A stretch of 64,000 nt of DNA from the NCBI GenBank assembly GCA_963666365.2, contig CAXXNF010000001.1:416001-480000 (forward strand). Direction: 5' to 3'. The DNA comes from Syntrophales bacterium. GTDB lineage: Bacteria > Desulfobacterota > Syntrophia > Syntrophales > UBA2210. How positions within the stretch are numbered: the first letter of the stretch is position 1; the number at the start of each line of letters is the position of its first letter. Of the stretch, positions 29,135 through 38,100 are shown piece by piece. A model generated the notes under the pieces. The model saw only the letters and a program-made list of their open reading frames with translations. It was not told where the DNA came from and ran no database searches. The position numbers were made by a program, and so were the translations under genes.

Positions 29135-30073
29135 CTATACCCTTTCTGCCGTCCTCAACCGTGCACTTCTCGCCCTTGGATTCATCGTCTTTTCTTCCTC
29201 GCCGGGCATCACCGGGCGACGCGTAAGCACTCGCAGAATTTTTTTTCTGTTACAGGTGCATACCGGAAAGTCTCGAGGACATATGCACCCCCTTTCAGCC
29301 TCGCGAAAAAGGTGTTTCACGATCCTGTCTTCCAGAGAGTGAAAAGAAATAATGGAAAACCTCCCTCCTTCCCTGAGTACATCGATGCCATCGGCGATGA
29401 CGGTCTTCAGATGCACCAGCTCGTCATTTACCGCAATTCTGAGAGCTTGAAATGTTTTTGTGGCGGGGTGGATCTTCTTTGGCCCGCCTTTGTACGGAAT
29501 CACACTGGCAATGAGATCGGCAAGTTCCCTGGTGGTGTGTATCGGATGTATTTTCCGCCGCGCCGCTATGGCACGGACTATTTTACTCGCCATCATTTCC
29601 TCACCATACTCTTTTACTATCCTCTTTAAAGAATCTTCCGGATAGTCATTCACAATGTCATAGGCGCTGACTGCATCCCGTCGATCCATTCGCATGTCAA
29701 GCGGCGCATCAAGAGAAAAACTGAATCCCCGCGATGCAGTATCCAACTGATAAGAAGATACTCCCAGGTCGATCAGAATTCCGTCAACTTTCTCAATATG
29801 AAAATTTTTGATAATGGTCTTTATATCTGAGAAGTTGCCCCGTACCAGATGCACACGTGTTTTAAATTCATCCAGTCGCAGTTCAGACACGGCAAGCGCT
29901 TTTTCGTCTTTGTCAATTCCGATCAGGATTCCATCGGGCGCCGTTCTTCGCAAAATTTCATAGGAATGGCCGCCACCTCCTATCGTTCCATCCACAAATA
30001 TTCCACCGGGCCTCGCATCGAGCGAATCGACCGCCTCTTTACACATGACGGGCCTGTGGAAGAATTCTTCCAT
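29135..30073 (-). CDS. rsmH: 16S rRNA m4C1402 methyltransferase
   Basis: H.PV, GGGGHS, DLGVSS, FHSLEDR and NPRARSA. Confidence 0.98.
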   Translation of the reverse strand: MEEFFHRPVMCKEAVDSLDARPGGIFVDGTIGGGGHSYEILRRTAPDGILIGIDKDEKALAVSELRLDEFKTRVHLVRGNFSDIKTIIKNFHIEKVDGILIDLGVSSYQLDTASRGFSFSLDAPLDMRMDRRDAVSAYDIVNDYPEDSLKRIVKEYGEEMMASKIVRAIAARRKIHPIHTTRELADLIASVIPYKGGPKKIHPATKTFQALRIAVNDELVHLKTVIADGIDVLREGGRFSIISFHSLEDRIVKHLFREAERGCICPRDFPVCTCNRKKILRVLTRRPVMPGEEEKTMNPRARSARLRTAERV

Positions 30074-30520
30074 CTATATTCCCAGATCAGCGATAACATC
30101 CTTATAATTATCAATGTTTTGGCTCGTTTTATCCAAGGCCAGTTCAAAGCGTTCCCTGTTCCAGATTTCGATGGATCGCCCCATTCCTGCCGTCACGATT
30201 TCCTTCTCCAGGTGCGCATAATTTCTCAAGGACGGCGGCAGCAGTATCCTCCGTTGCGCATCGAAGGTTAACTCGGCGGCGCCGGACATAAAGAGCCTCT
30301 GAATAGCCCGCACATCCGTTCTTATGATTGATTCTCCGAAAATCCTCTCTTCGATTGCGGACCACTCGGCAAAGGGAAACACAAGAAGGCACCCCTCCCA
30401 ATTCGTCACGATGAGACGGTTGTCATATTTTTCCGTGAAGACTTCATACAGCTTGGCAGGGAATATAATTCTCCCCTTCTCGTCAATGCTGTGATAATAT
30501 CTCCCCCTGAAGTATGACAA
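30074..30520 (-). CDS. mraZ: Transcriptional regulator MraZ
   Basis: FRGRY.HSIDEKGR..P and D.Q.RI..P repeats; TTG start after GGAGG. Confidence 0.95.
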   Translation of the reverse strand: MSYFRGRYYHSIDEKGRIIFPAKLYEVFTEKYDNRLIVTNWEGCLLVFPFAEWSAIEERIFGESIIRTDVRAIQRLFMSGAAELTFDAQRRILLPPSLRNYAHLEKEIVTAGMGRSIEIWNRERFELALDKTSQNIDNYKDVIADLGI

Positions 30521-30532
30521 TGGGCAACCCCC

Positions 30533-30557
30533 TCCACATCTATCCACTTTGCTCCAC
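30533..30557 (-). promoter_or_regulatory. MraZ-binding repeats (3 x GTGGA, 10-bp period)
   Basis: TCCAC at 30533, 30543 and 30553, between the promoter and the mraZ RBS; matches known MraZ operator architecture. Confidence 0.85.
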
Positions 30558-30566
30558 TTAAGAGGA

Positions 30567-30596
30567 ACTATAAAGCCCCCCCCTGGGGTTTGTCAA
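30567..30596 (-). promoter_or_regulatory. sigma70 promoter of the dcw operon
   Basis: TTGACA-N18-TATAGT on the minus strand. Confidence 0.8.
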
Positions 30597-30608
30597 GCAA
30601 AAAAAGGG

Positions 30609-31616
30609 TTATTTTTGTCTTTTAATTTGATATTTTATGACTGCTTTGTCATGAGTGGAGAGATCTGAAGAAAATTGGTGAGATCCGTCATTTTTCGCTA
30701 CAAAATAGAGATATTTTACATTCGAGGGATAGAGGGCGGCCCCGATGGACGAAGCGCTGGGATTGCAGATGGGTCCCGGGGGAAGTCCCTTTATGCGATA
30801 GGTGTTATAGGGCGTGTTTCGTTTCAAGTCGTCCCTCGTGATATTGCCGTTGAAATCTTTGATGCCGTAAATCACGGTGGGATCGCTTTGCAATCTCATC
30901 CCCCGCTTCATCCGATTATGAAATACCGCCGAAATGAGAGGTTTTTCCTCTTCAAGGGCCGATTCCTTTTCAATTATGGAAGCGAGGGTAAGCATCTCGT
31001 GAAGGCTGAAACCGAGTTCCCGGGCGCGCGTGCGCATCGCCGGGGTAATTTCTTTTCTGAACCGCCCCGTCATATAGCGGAGAATCTCCACTTCATCCAT
31101 CGATTTGGTGATCACGTAGGTGTCAGGGAAAAGATATCCCTCTGCGGTCTTCGCGGGAATATCAAGCCCGGCAAGCAGCTTCTCGTCCCCTGCGCGGCCC
31201 AGGAATACTTTGCTGTCCGCCACGCCGCATGCTTCAAGGCGATCGGCAATCTGAACCATGGTAAACCCTTCGGGAATCGAAACACGATACTCCTTCACCG
31301 ACCCGGCCTTCAATGTTTCAATCAATTCAACGGGCGTCATGGCGCCGGTCAGTTCATATTCGCCCGCCTTTATCTGACGTGACGCATCTTTCAGACGCAC
31401 CAGCACATAAAAAGCCCTCCTGTGATCAACAAGGTTTGCCTTTTCCAGGATGGCCGATATTCGGGAAAAGTTCGCGCCGCGAGGGATCTGTATCGTAACG
31501 GTCCCAAGATGCGGGTTGAGGGGCCTGCCCAGGTACTCAAAAAAAAGCGCCCCGCAGATGCCGGCGCCAAGCATTAAGAGGCAGGCGAGAAGAGCAAATG
31601 TTTTTTTGAGAGTCAT
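30609..31616 (-). CDS. mltG: Endolytic transglycosylase MltG
   Basis: EGYLFPDTY, ASIIEKE, LQSDPT and GLPPGPICNP. Confidence 0.97.
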   Translation of the reverse strand: MTLKKTFALLACLLMLGAGICGALFFEYLGRPLNPHLGTVTIQIPRGANFSRISAILEKANLVDHRRAFYVLVRLKDASRQIKAGEYELTGAMTPVELIETLKAGSVKEYRVSIPEGFTMVQIADRLEACGVADSKVFLGRAGDEKLLAGLDIPAKTAEGYLFPDTYVITKSMDEVEILRYMTGRFRKEITPAMRTRARELGFSLHEMLTLASIIEKESALEEEKPLISAVFHNRMKRGMRLQSDPTVIYGIKDFNGNITRDDLKRNTPYNTYRIKGLPPGPICNPSASSIGAALYPSNVKYLYFVAKNDGSHQFSSDLSTHDKAVIKYQIKRQK

Positions 31617-32041
31617 GCCAACCCCAAGGATTGTCTCATCGAGTCCAGATATCCTTGTAAAATCAGCGCCGCCGCCACTTTATCGATCAGATGTTTTCTT
31701 TTTTTACGGCTTACGTCCGCTTCAAGAAGGATTGAAAGAGCCTCCTGGGTGGTAAAGCTTTCGTCCCATTTCACCACCGGCAGCCCCAGGCGGGATTCAA
31801 GGATATCGGCAAATCGGGAAACCCTTTCACATTCAGGGCCCTCAGTTCCATCGAGTCGCACCGGATAGCCGATCACGATCTTTTCCGCCCCATACTCCTC
31901 TGCAATCGCGGCTATTTCATCGACATCACGATGACGACTTTTCCTTAGCACCGTCCCGACGGTTTGAGCGGTAATCTGAAGCTCATCGCTCATGGCAACG
32001 CCTACACGCCTGCTTCCATAATCCAGTCCCATTATTCTCAT
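31613..32041 (-). CDS. ruvX: YqgF/RuvX-family nuclease
   Basis: MRIMGLDYGSRRVGVA, WDE..TT and IDKVAA.LILQ. Confidence 0.95.
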   Translation of the reverse strand: MRIMGLDYGSRRVGVAMSDELQITAQTVGTVLRKSRHRDVDEIAAIAEEYGAEKIVIGYPVRLDGTEGPECERVSRFADILESRLGLPVVKWDESFTTQEALSILLEADVSRKKRKHLIDKVAAALILQGYLDSMRQSLGLA

Positions 32042-32176
32042 AATAACCACATCTTTTACCACAGCAAGAATTTTATTTTCAATTACCACATTACCGGCAG
32101 GCACAACACCTTTTTTCGTATTGTGCCAAGCACGGTATTTTGGTAGCGTTCTTTCCGAGAGGAAAAAGCTGATCAT

Positions 32177-34096
32177 ATGAAGCATATTGTACTCGGTACG
32201 GCAGGACATGTGGATCATGGGAAAACCTCCCTCGTCAAGGCGCTCACCAATATCGATACCGATCGTCTGAAAGAGGAAAAAGAGCGGGGAATTACCATTG
32301 AGCTGGGATTTGCCTCACTCGCACTTGATGAAGAGCACCTGGTGGGCATTGTGGATGTTCCCGGACACGAAAGATTCGTCAAAAACATGGTAGCCGGAGC
32401 GGCAGGCATCGACATGGTGGTACTTGTCATTGCCGCCGATGAAGGCATCATGCCTCAGACTCGGGAGCATCTCGACATCTGTGCACTGCTTAATATCCGG
32501 CAAGGACTTGTTGCCCTGACCAAAATCGATCTTGTCGATACAGAATGGCTTGAATTGGTAAAGGAAGAAATCGAAAGCTTCCTTCAGGGCACTTTTTTGG
32601 AGGGGGCGCCTATCGTACCGGTTTCCGCCGCATCCGGATCTGGGCTGGATGCGTTTCTTGATGCCTTGAAATCAATCGCTTTCTCTGCCGAAGAGGTTCG
32701 CTATTCAGACTTTTTCCGGCTCCCCGTCGATCGTGTCTTCTCTATGAAAGGGTTCGGTACCGTGGTAACGGGTACGCTGATATCGGGAAGGGTTGCCATC
32801 GGCGACACGGTAGCGATACTCCCCACGAATATCCGATCAAAGGTCAGAGGAATTCAAATTCACAATGAATCTGCCACATCGGCTGAGTCGGGTTACCGCA
32901 CAGCCATAAACTTTCAGGGAATAGAAAAAACGGCAATCAGCCGCGGTGACGTCATTGCCCATGCCGACATCTTCCAGCCCTCACAGCGCATGGATGTATA
33001 CCTGCGCCATCTTGGGGGATCAAAAAAGGCTTTGAAAAACAGGGCGCCCGTTCGTTTTCATACGGGCGCCGTAGAAATCATGTCGCGGGTCATTCTCCTG
33101 GACAGGGAAGAACTGAAGCCGGGTGAAACGGCCTATTGTCAGATTCTTATGGAAGATCTTACTGTTGCCATGACGAAAGATCGATTCGTTCTGAGAAGTT
33201 ATTCGCCTATCACCACAATCGGCGGCGGCGAGATCATTGATCCTATCGGCGTGAAAATCAAGAAACGTTCAGAAGATTCCCTCAACGAACTTCAGAGGCT
33301 GCACCAAGGCAGCGGGCGGGAAAAAACACAGATCATTCTCGACCGGGCAGGCATGAAGGGTATATCTCTCAGCAGACTCTCCACACGAACAGGCATCACG
33401 CTGACAGAACAAGCCAGAATCCTTGAGGACATGCTTTCAAAAAAGGAGGCCCTGCTCATCGAAAAGGAAGACCGCACCGCAATGTCATTCCCCGTGTATG
33501 CAAGCCTTCTGGACAGAATGCTGGAGATTACAAAGGAATATCACAAGAAATTTCCATTGAAAAAAGGGATTGCAAAGGAAGAGCTTCGCATCAGACTGGC
33601 CGTGAATATCGGTCAGAAATTATTTAATCGCGCCCTCCAGGATCTTGAAGGGCGCAAGAAATTGATAATCGACAGGGATATCTGCTACATTGCGGATCAT
33701 AATGTGCATCTTGAAGGCGAGTTGGGCGACCTCAGGGAGCGCATTTTACAGCGCTATCGCGATGCGGCATTGACCCCGCCGGCAACCAAAGAGGTGATAG
33801 ATCAGTTCCCAGGCACAAAAGGGGAAACACGCAACATATTGAATTTAATGATCAGCGAAGGCCAACTGATAAAATTGAATGAAGACCTGGTGTTCGATAA
33901 AGACGCCCTCGACCGGCTGCGATCCGATTATAAAAACTTGCTCATGAAAATAGAAAGATCGTCTCCCGTAGATTTCAAAGACATGACCGGCCTTTCAAGG
34001 AAATATATTATTCCACTTATGGAATATTTTGACAGGACGAATCTGACGATCCGGGTCGGCAATCACAGAATCCTCAGAGAAAGCGAGAAGAAATGA
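32177..34096 (+). CDS. selB: Selenocysteine-specific elongation factor
   Basis: [26 protein letters not shown] and a winged-helix C-terminus with SRKY.IP..EY.D. Confidence 0.97.
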   Translation: MKHIVLGTAGHVDHGKTSLVKALTNIDTDRLKEEKERGITIELGFASLALDEEHLVGIVDVPGHERFVKNMVAGAAGIDMVVLVIAADEGIMPQTREHLDICALLNIRQGLVALTKIDLVDTEWLELVKEEIESFLQGTFLEGAPIVPVSAASGSGLDAFLDALKSIAFSAEEVRYSDFFRLPVDRVFSMKGFGTVVTGTLISGRVAIGDTVAILPTNIRSKVRGIQIHNESATSAESGYRTAINFQGIEKTAISRGDVIAHADIFQPSQRMDVYLRHLGGSKKALKNRAPVRFHTGAVEIMSRVILLDREELKPGETAYCQILMEDLTVAMTKDRFVLRSYSPITTIGGGEIIDPIGVKIKKRSEDSLNELQRLHQGSGREKTQIILDRAGMKGISLSRLSTRTGITLTEQARILEDMLSKKEALLIEKEDRTAMSFPVYASLLDRMLEITKEYHKKFPLKKGIAKEELRIRLAVNIGQKLFNRALQDLEGRKKLIIDRDICYIADHNVHLEGELGDLRERILQRYRDAALTPPATKEVIDQFPGTKGETRNILNLMISEGQLIKLNEDLVFDKDALDRLRSDYKNLLMKIERSSPVDFKDMTGLSRKYIIPLMEYFDRTNLTIRVGNHRILRESEKK

Positions 34097-34854
34097 CCGA
34101 ACCTATCGATGCGTTTTCAGTTTCGCATTACCGTGACGGCATGTTGGTGAGAAGGACAGATTCGGTGGTGCGAGAGGTCTCATTTTCCATATATTTGAAC
34201 AAAAGCCCGCTGATGGAAATCGCCTGCGCCGGCATTCACCTGAAGGAATTGGCGGTGGGGTTTCTTCACACGGAAGGGCTCGTCGAAGGTATAAAAGATT
34301 TGAAATCGTTAACAATCTCGGAATCGCCCCCAGAGGCGTCCGTTGTAACAGCGGAAAGGAACTGCACCGACATTTCGTCACTCTCCCTTATGTCGAGCGG
34401 CGCCCGCAAGAGCAGGCAGACGCCGTATGCGGCGCCCCTGACAGCGGAACCGCGAATGGCGGCGGTTGATGTACTTTCTCTTATGAACGGGCTTTTGAGT
34501 GCTTCGAACATTCACGAGAGAACTGGCGGGACTCACTGCGCGGCCCTTGCGTGCAACAGAGCAATCATAGCACTGAGAGAGGATATCGGAAGGCACAACA
34601 CTATCGACATGTGTATCGGTTATTCGCTGCTGGAAGAACTGAAACCCGACGATAAGGTAATTGTGACGACAGGCCGCATCTCCTCCGAAATAGTTGGCAA
34701 AGTATGGCGTTACGGTGCGCCGGTGATTATTTCGCACTCCGCGCCGACGTCAAAGGCCATTGACCTCGCCGACCAGGCGGGCATTACCCTCATTGGGTAC
34801 GTGAGAGATAATCGAATGAGGGTATATACTCATGAAAGACGGGTGGTATTTTGA
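34093..34854 (+). CDS. fdhD: Formate dehydrogenase accessory protein FdhD (catalytic Cys loop appears absent)
   Basis: ELAVGFL.TEG, TGGTH, EDIGRHN, TGRISSE and SAPT. Confidence 0.92.
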   Translation: MTEPIDAFSVSHYRDGMLVRRTDSVVREVSFSIYLNKSPLMEIACAGIHLKELAVGFLHTEGLVEGIKDLKSLTISESPPEASVVTAERNCTDISSLSLMSSGARKSRQTPYAAPLTAEPRMAAVDVLSLMNGLLSASNIHERTGGTHCAALACNRAIIALREDIGRHNTIDMCIGYSLLEELKPDDKVIVTTGRISSEIVGKVWRYGAPVIISHSAPTSKAIDLADQAGITLIGYVRDNRMRVYTHERRVVF

Positions 34855-35864
34855 ACAAGAACGTGTTCATCAAAGACATCAAAGCCGGCGACAAGATGAC
34901 GGATATCTTTTTAGTAACGGAGAAAAATCTTGCATTCTCGCAAAAAGGAAATCCTTATCTTAACTTGCGCCTTCGGGACAAAACGGGAGAGATTGACGGC
35001 AGGGTATGGGACAATGCCGTCGAAGTAAACGGTCAATTCAGGAAAGGAGACATCATTCGGGCGGAAGCGAGAGCGGTCAGTTATCGGGATGCGATTCAGC
35101 TTTCAATCTTTGAATGCACTGTCATTGATACCGATCTCGTCAACCCGGCCGATTTTTCTCCTTCCTCCCGATTCGGGATTGACGTCATGTTCTCATCGCT
35201 GATGGATATTGTCGCAACCATTGAACAACCATATCTTAAACGTCTGCTGGAAGCGATCTTCAGCGACCAAGACACAGTCCATGCATTCATACATGCCCCT
35301 GCGGCCAAGGGATTCCATCACGCCTACATAGGCGGGCTTCTTGAACACACACTCTCCGTAAGCCGTCTTCTGATCCATTGTGCCGGCCATTATGAAAATA
35401 TTGACCGCGATCTCATGCTGACGGGAGGAATCCTTCATGACATCGGCAAAACCTCTGAGCTTTCCTTCGATTCGGTTATTGAATATACCGACGAAGGAAG
35501 ACTGGTGGGACATATTGTCCTCGGGGTCGAACTGCTGAACCGAAAAATATCATCAATAGAAAACTTTCCCGAAGATCTTGCTCTCAAACTGAGGCACATC
35601 CTCCTCAGCCACCATGGAGTACTTGAGTTCGGCTCTCCCAAACGCCCCAAAACGCTGGAGGCGCTTTTAGTAAACTTTGTTGATGATTTGGATGCAAAGG
35701 TGAATGCCTTTCAGGAATTCATAAATGACTCGAACGACGATTCACACTGGACGCCTTTTCACCGTCTGCTGGAACGATACATCTACAAGGGCACCCTCCC
35801 TGTTTCAGCCGAAACCAGCCGCAAACCGGAGATGACCTTCTCTTCGGAAGACGACGACACGTAA
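34851..35864 (+). CDS. YhaM/Cbf1-family 3'-5' exoribonuclease (OB plus HD)
   Basis: L.LRDKTG.I..RVW, PAAK.FHHAY.GGLLEH, LHDIGK and SHHG..E.GSP. Confidence 0.92.
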   Translation: MNKNVFIKDIKAGDKMTDIFLVTEKNLAFSQKGNPYLNLRLRDKTGEIDGRVWDNAVEVNGQFRKGDIIRAEARAVSYRDAIQLSIFECTVIDTDLVNPADFSPSSRFGIDVMFSSLMDIVATIEQPYLKRLLEAIFSDQDTVHAFIHAPAAKGFHHAYIGGLLEHTLSVSRLLIHCAGHYENIDRDLMLTGGILHDIGKTSELSFDSVIEYTDEGRLVGHIVLGVELLNRKISSIENFPEDLALKLRHILLSHHGVLEFGSPKRPKTLEALLVNFVDDLDAKVNAFQEFINDSNDDSHWTPFHRLLERYIYKGTLPVSAETSRKPEMTFSSEDDDT

Positions 35865-35873
35865 GGAGCGAAT

Positions 35874-35908
35874 AAAAAAGGCGCCGTCACGTGAAAAGTG
35901 ACGGCGCC
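35874..35908 (-). terminator. Terminator between the convergent yhaM and acyl-CoA synthetase genes
   Basis: GGCGCCGTCAC-N7-GTGACGGCGCC with A6 on the left (U-tract on the minus strand). Confidence 0.85.
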
Positions 35909-35939
35909 GCAGTGTACCTCACGTTATAAGTGTCATCGC

Positions 35940-37838
35940 TTATTTCGCATAGCCCAAGGCCTTTGCCGCTTCCGCTACTACCTCCAGGACTGAGGCATCC
36001 TCGATTGTCGAAGGAACTGTATATTCCTCACCATTTGCGATTTTTCGCATGGTAGCGCGGAGGATCTTCCCTGAACGGGTTTTCGGAAGCGCCTTGACAA
36101 CCGAGCACTCCCTGAAACAGGCCACGGCGCCGATCTGCGCACGAACCATCTGGACCAATTCGTCGGTTATTTCCTTGGGATCTCTTTCAACACCCGCCTT
36201 CAGCACAACGAATCCCACGGGAACTTGCCCCTTGAGCTGCTCGTTTACCCCAATTACCGCACATTCGGCGATGTCCTGATGCCCCGATACAACTTCTTCC
36301 ATGGCGCCGGTCGACAGCCGGTGGCCGGCAACGTTGATCACGTCATCCACACGGCCCATAATGAAAAGATACCCGTCTTCATCAAAGAACCCTCCGTCGC
36401 CGGTGACATAATAGCCGGGTATCTGCGTAACATACTCGAGGAAACGTTCATCGTCATTAAACAGTGTAGTCAACGTACCGGGGGGAAGCGGCAGCTTAAT
36501 CACCACATACCCATCCACGCCCTGAGCCATTTGCCGGCCCTCTGAATCGACGATCTGAACATTATATCCGGGAATCGGCTTTGTGGGAGAACCGGCTTTG
36601 ATCGGGAACGGTTCAATCCCCATACAGTTTCCTGCGATTCCCCATCCCGTTTCCGTCTGCCACCAGTGATCGATCACGGGAATTCCCAGCATGCTGCGTG
36701 CCCACTGGTAAGTGTCGGGATCAAGGCGCTCACCCGCCAGGAAGAGGTAATTCAGCGAAGAAATATCATATTTCTTTAAATAGGTTGCATCGGGATCTTC
36801 TTTTTTAATTGCCCGGAACGCAGTAGGAGCGGTAAAGAGCGCCTTGACCCCATGTTCCGACACCACCCGCCAGAAGGCCCCCGGATCGGGCGTCCCTACC
36901 GGTTTACCTTCATAGACAATCGTCGTGCAGCCTGTCAGCAGCGGTGCATACACGATATAAGAATGACCAACCACCCACCCTACATCGGAGGCCGCCCAGT
37001 ACACGTCACCGGGACCGACATTGTAAAGATGCTTCATAGACCACTTCAGTGCCACGGCATGACCGCCGTTATCCCGCACAATTCCCTTGGGGCGTCCCGT
37101 GGTTCCCGAGGTGTAGAGAATATACAAAGGATCCGTCGCCGCTACGCTCACACACTCTGCGGGCGTTGCCCGGGCCATTTCCTCAGCCCAGTTGAAATCC
37201 CGCCCTTCAATCAACGGGGCCTCGACCTGAGGTCTCTGATAAATAATGCAGGCCAGAGGTTTATGATCGGCCAATTCGATTGCTTTGTCCAAAAGGGGTT
37301 TGTAGGGAAGCACCTTTTTACCTTCGATGCCGCAGGATGCCGACAGGGCGACCTTGGGTTTGGCATCGTTGATGCGGATAGCCAGCTCGTGTGGGGCGAA
37401 TCCTCCAAATACGACTGAGTGAATGGCACCAAGACGTGCACAGGCGAGCATCGCCACCACCGCCTCAGGAATCATCGGCATATAAATAACGACGGTGTCC
37501 CCCTTTTCAACGCCTTTCCCTTTCAGCATGCCGGCGCAATGCGCCACCCTGTCCAGAAGTTCCCGATAGGTAATTTTTTGTACCGTCTCCGTGACGGGAC
37601 TGTCATAGATAATCGCCGTCTGGTCGCCCCTTCCGGTTTCCACATGATAATCCAGCGCATTGTAACAGGTGTTCAGTTCCCCTCCGACAAACCATCGATA
37701 AAAAGGCGCGTTGCCATCGTCCAGGACCTTGTCCCCGCGCTTGTACCATTGAACAGCCTCAGCCGCTTCTCCCCAGAAACCCTCCGGATCGGTGATTGAC
37801 CGTTCATACACCTCTGTAAATCGTAATCTGTCCGCCAT
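35940..37838 (-). CDS. prpE: Propionyl-CoA synthetase-like AMP-forming acyl-CoA ligase, copy 1
   Basis: YTSGTTG.PKG.VRD.GGH, WWQTE, NVAGHRL and PKTRSGK; start ATG 37838 after AAGGAG. Confidence 0.88.
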   Translation of the reverse strand: MADRLRFTEVYERSITDPEGFWGEAAEAVQWYKRGDKVLDDGNAPFYRWFVGGELNTCYNALDYHVETGRGDQTAIIYDSPVTETVQKITYRELLDRVAHCAGMLKGKGVEKGDTVVIYMPMIPEAVVAMLACARLGAIHSVVFGGFAPHELAIRINDAKPKVALSASCGIEGKKVLPYKPLLDKAIELADHKPLACIIYQRPQVEAPLIEGRDFNWAEEMARATPAECVSVAATDPLYILYTSGTTGRPKGIVRDNGGHAVALKWSMKHLYNVGPGDVYWAASDVGWVVGHSYIVYAPLLTGCTTIVYEGKPVGTPDPGAFWRVVSEHGVKALFTAPTAFRAIKKEDPDATYLKKYDISSLNYLFLAGERLDPDTYQWARSMLGIPVIDHWWQTETGWGIAGNCMGIEPFPIKAGSPTKPIPGYNVQIVDSEGRQMAQGVDGYVVIKLPLPPGTLTTLFNDDERFLEYVTQIPGYYVTGDGGFFDEDGYLFIMGRVDDVINVAGHRLSTGAMEEVVSGHQDIAECAVIGVNEQLKGQVPVGFVVLKAGVERDPKEITDELVQMVRAQIGAVACFRECSVVKALPKTRSGKILRATMRKIANGEEYTVPSTIEDASVLEVVAEAAKALGYAK

Positions 37839-37985
37839 AAGAACTCCTTTCCCCTTTTTTACTCTCTTTTCTGGGCCGCCATCGAGCCTATGGCGCATGC
37901 ATGACTGCCTTTGGCTCGATGAAAAGGCATCTTCTCTTTCCCAAGGATTAATTCTTTTTCATACGACACAACGGTCGAAAAAGAC

Positions 37986-38017
37986 AATAGGGGTTAATTA
38001 AGGGCATAATAGGGGTT
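37986..38017. promoter_or_regulatory. Direct repeat AATAGGGGTT x2 (22-bp period), candidate operator
   Basis: Perfect 10-bp copies at 37986 and 38008, upstream of prpE copy 1. Confidence 0.5.
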
Positions 38018-38100
38018 GCCAACCTCTACTTTTTTCAAGGCCCCGCTATACGAAATAAGGGTCCTGCACCAGGGCCGACAACAACCCTTTTCAGCGCCAA

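Noticed and set aside
30211..30238. GGTGCGCATAA, identical to the XerC arm of E. coli dif
   Set aside because: It lies inside mraZ and has no XerD arm (TTATGTTAAAT) after the 6-nt spacer; coincidence
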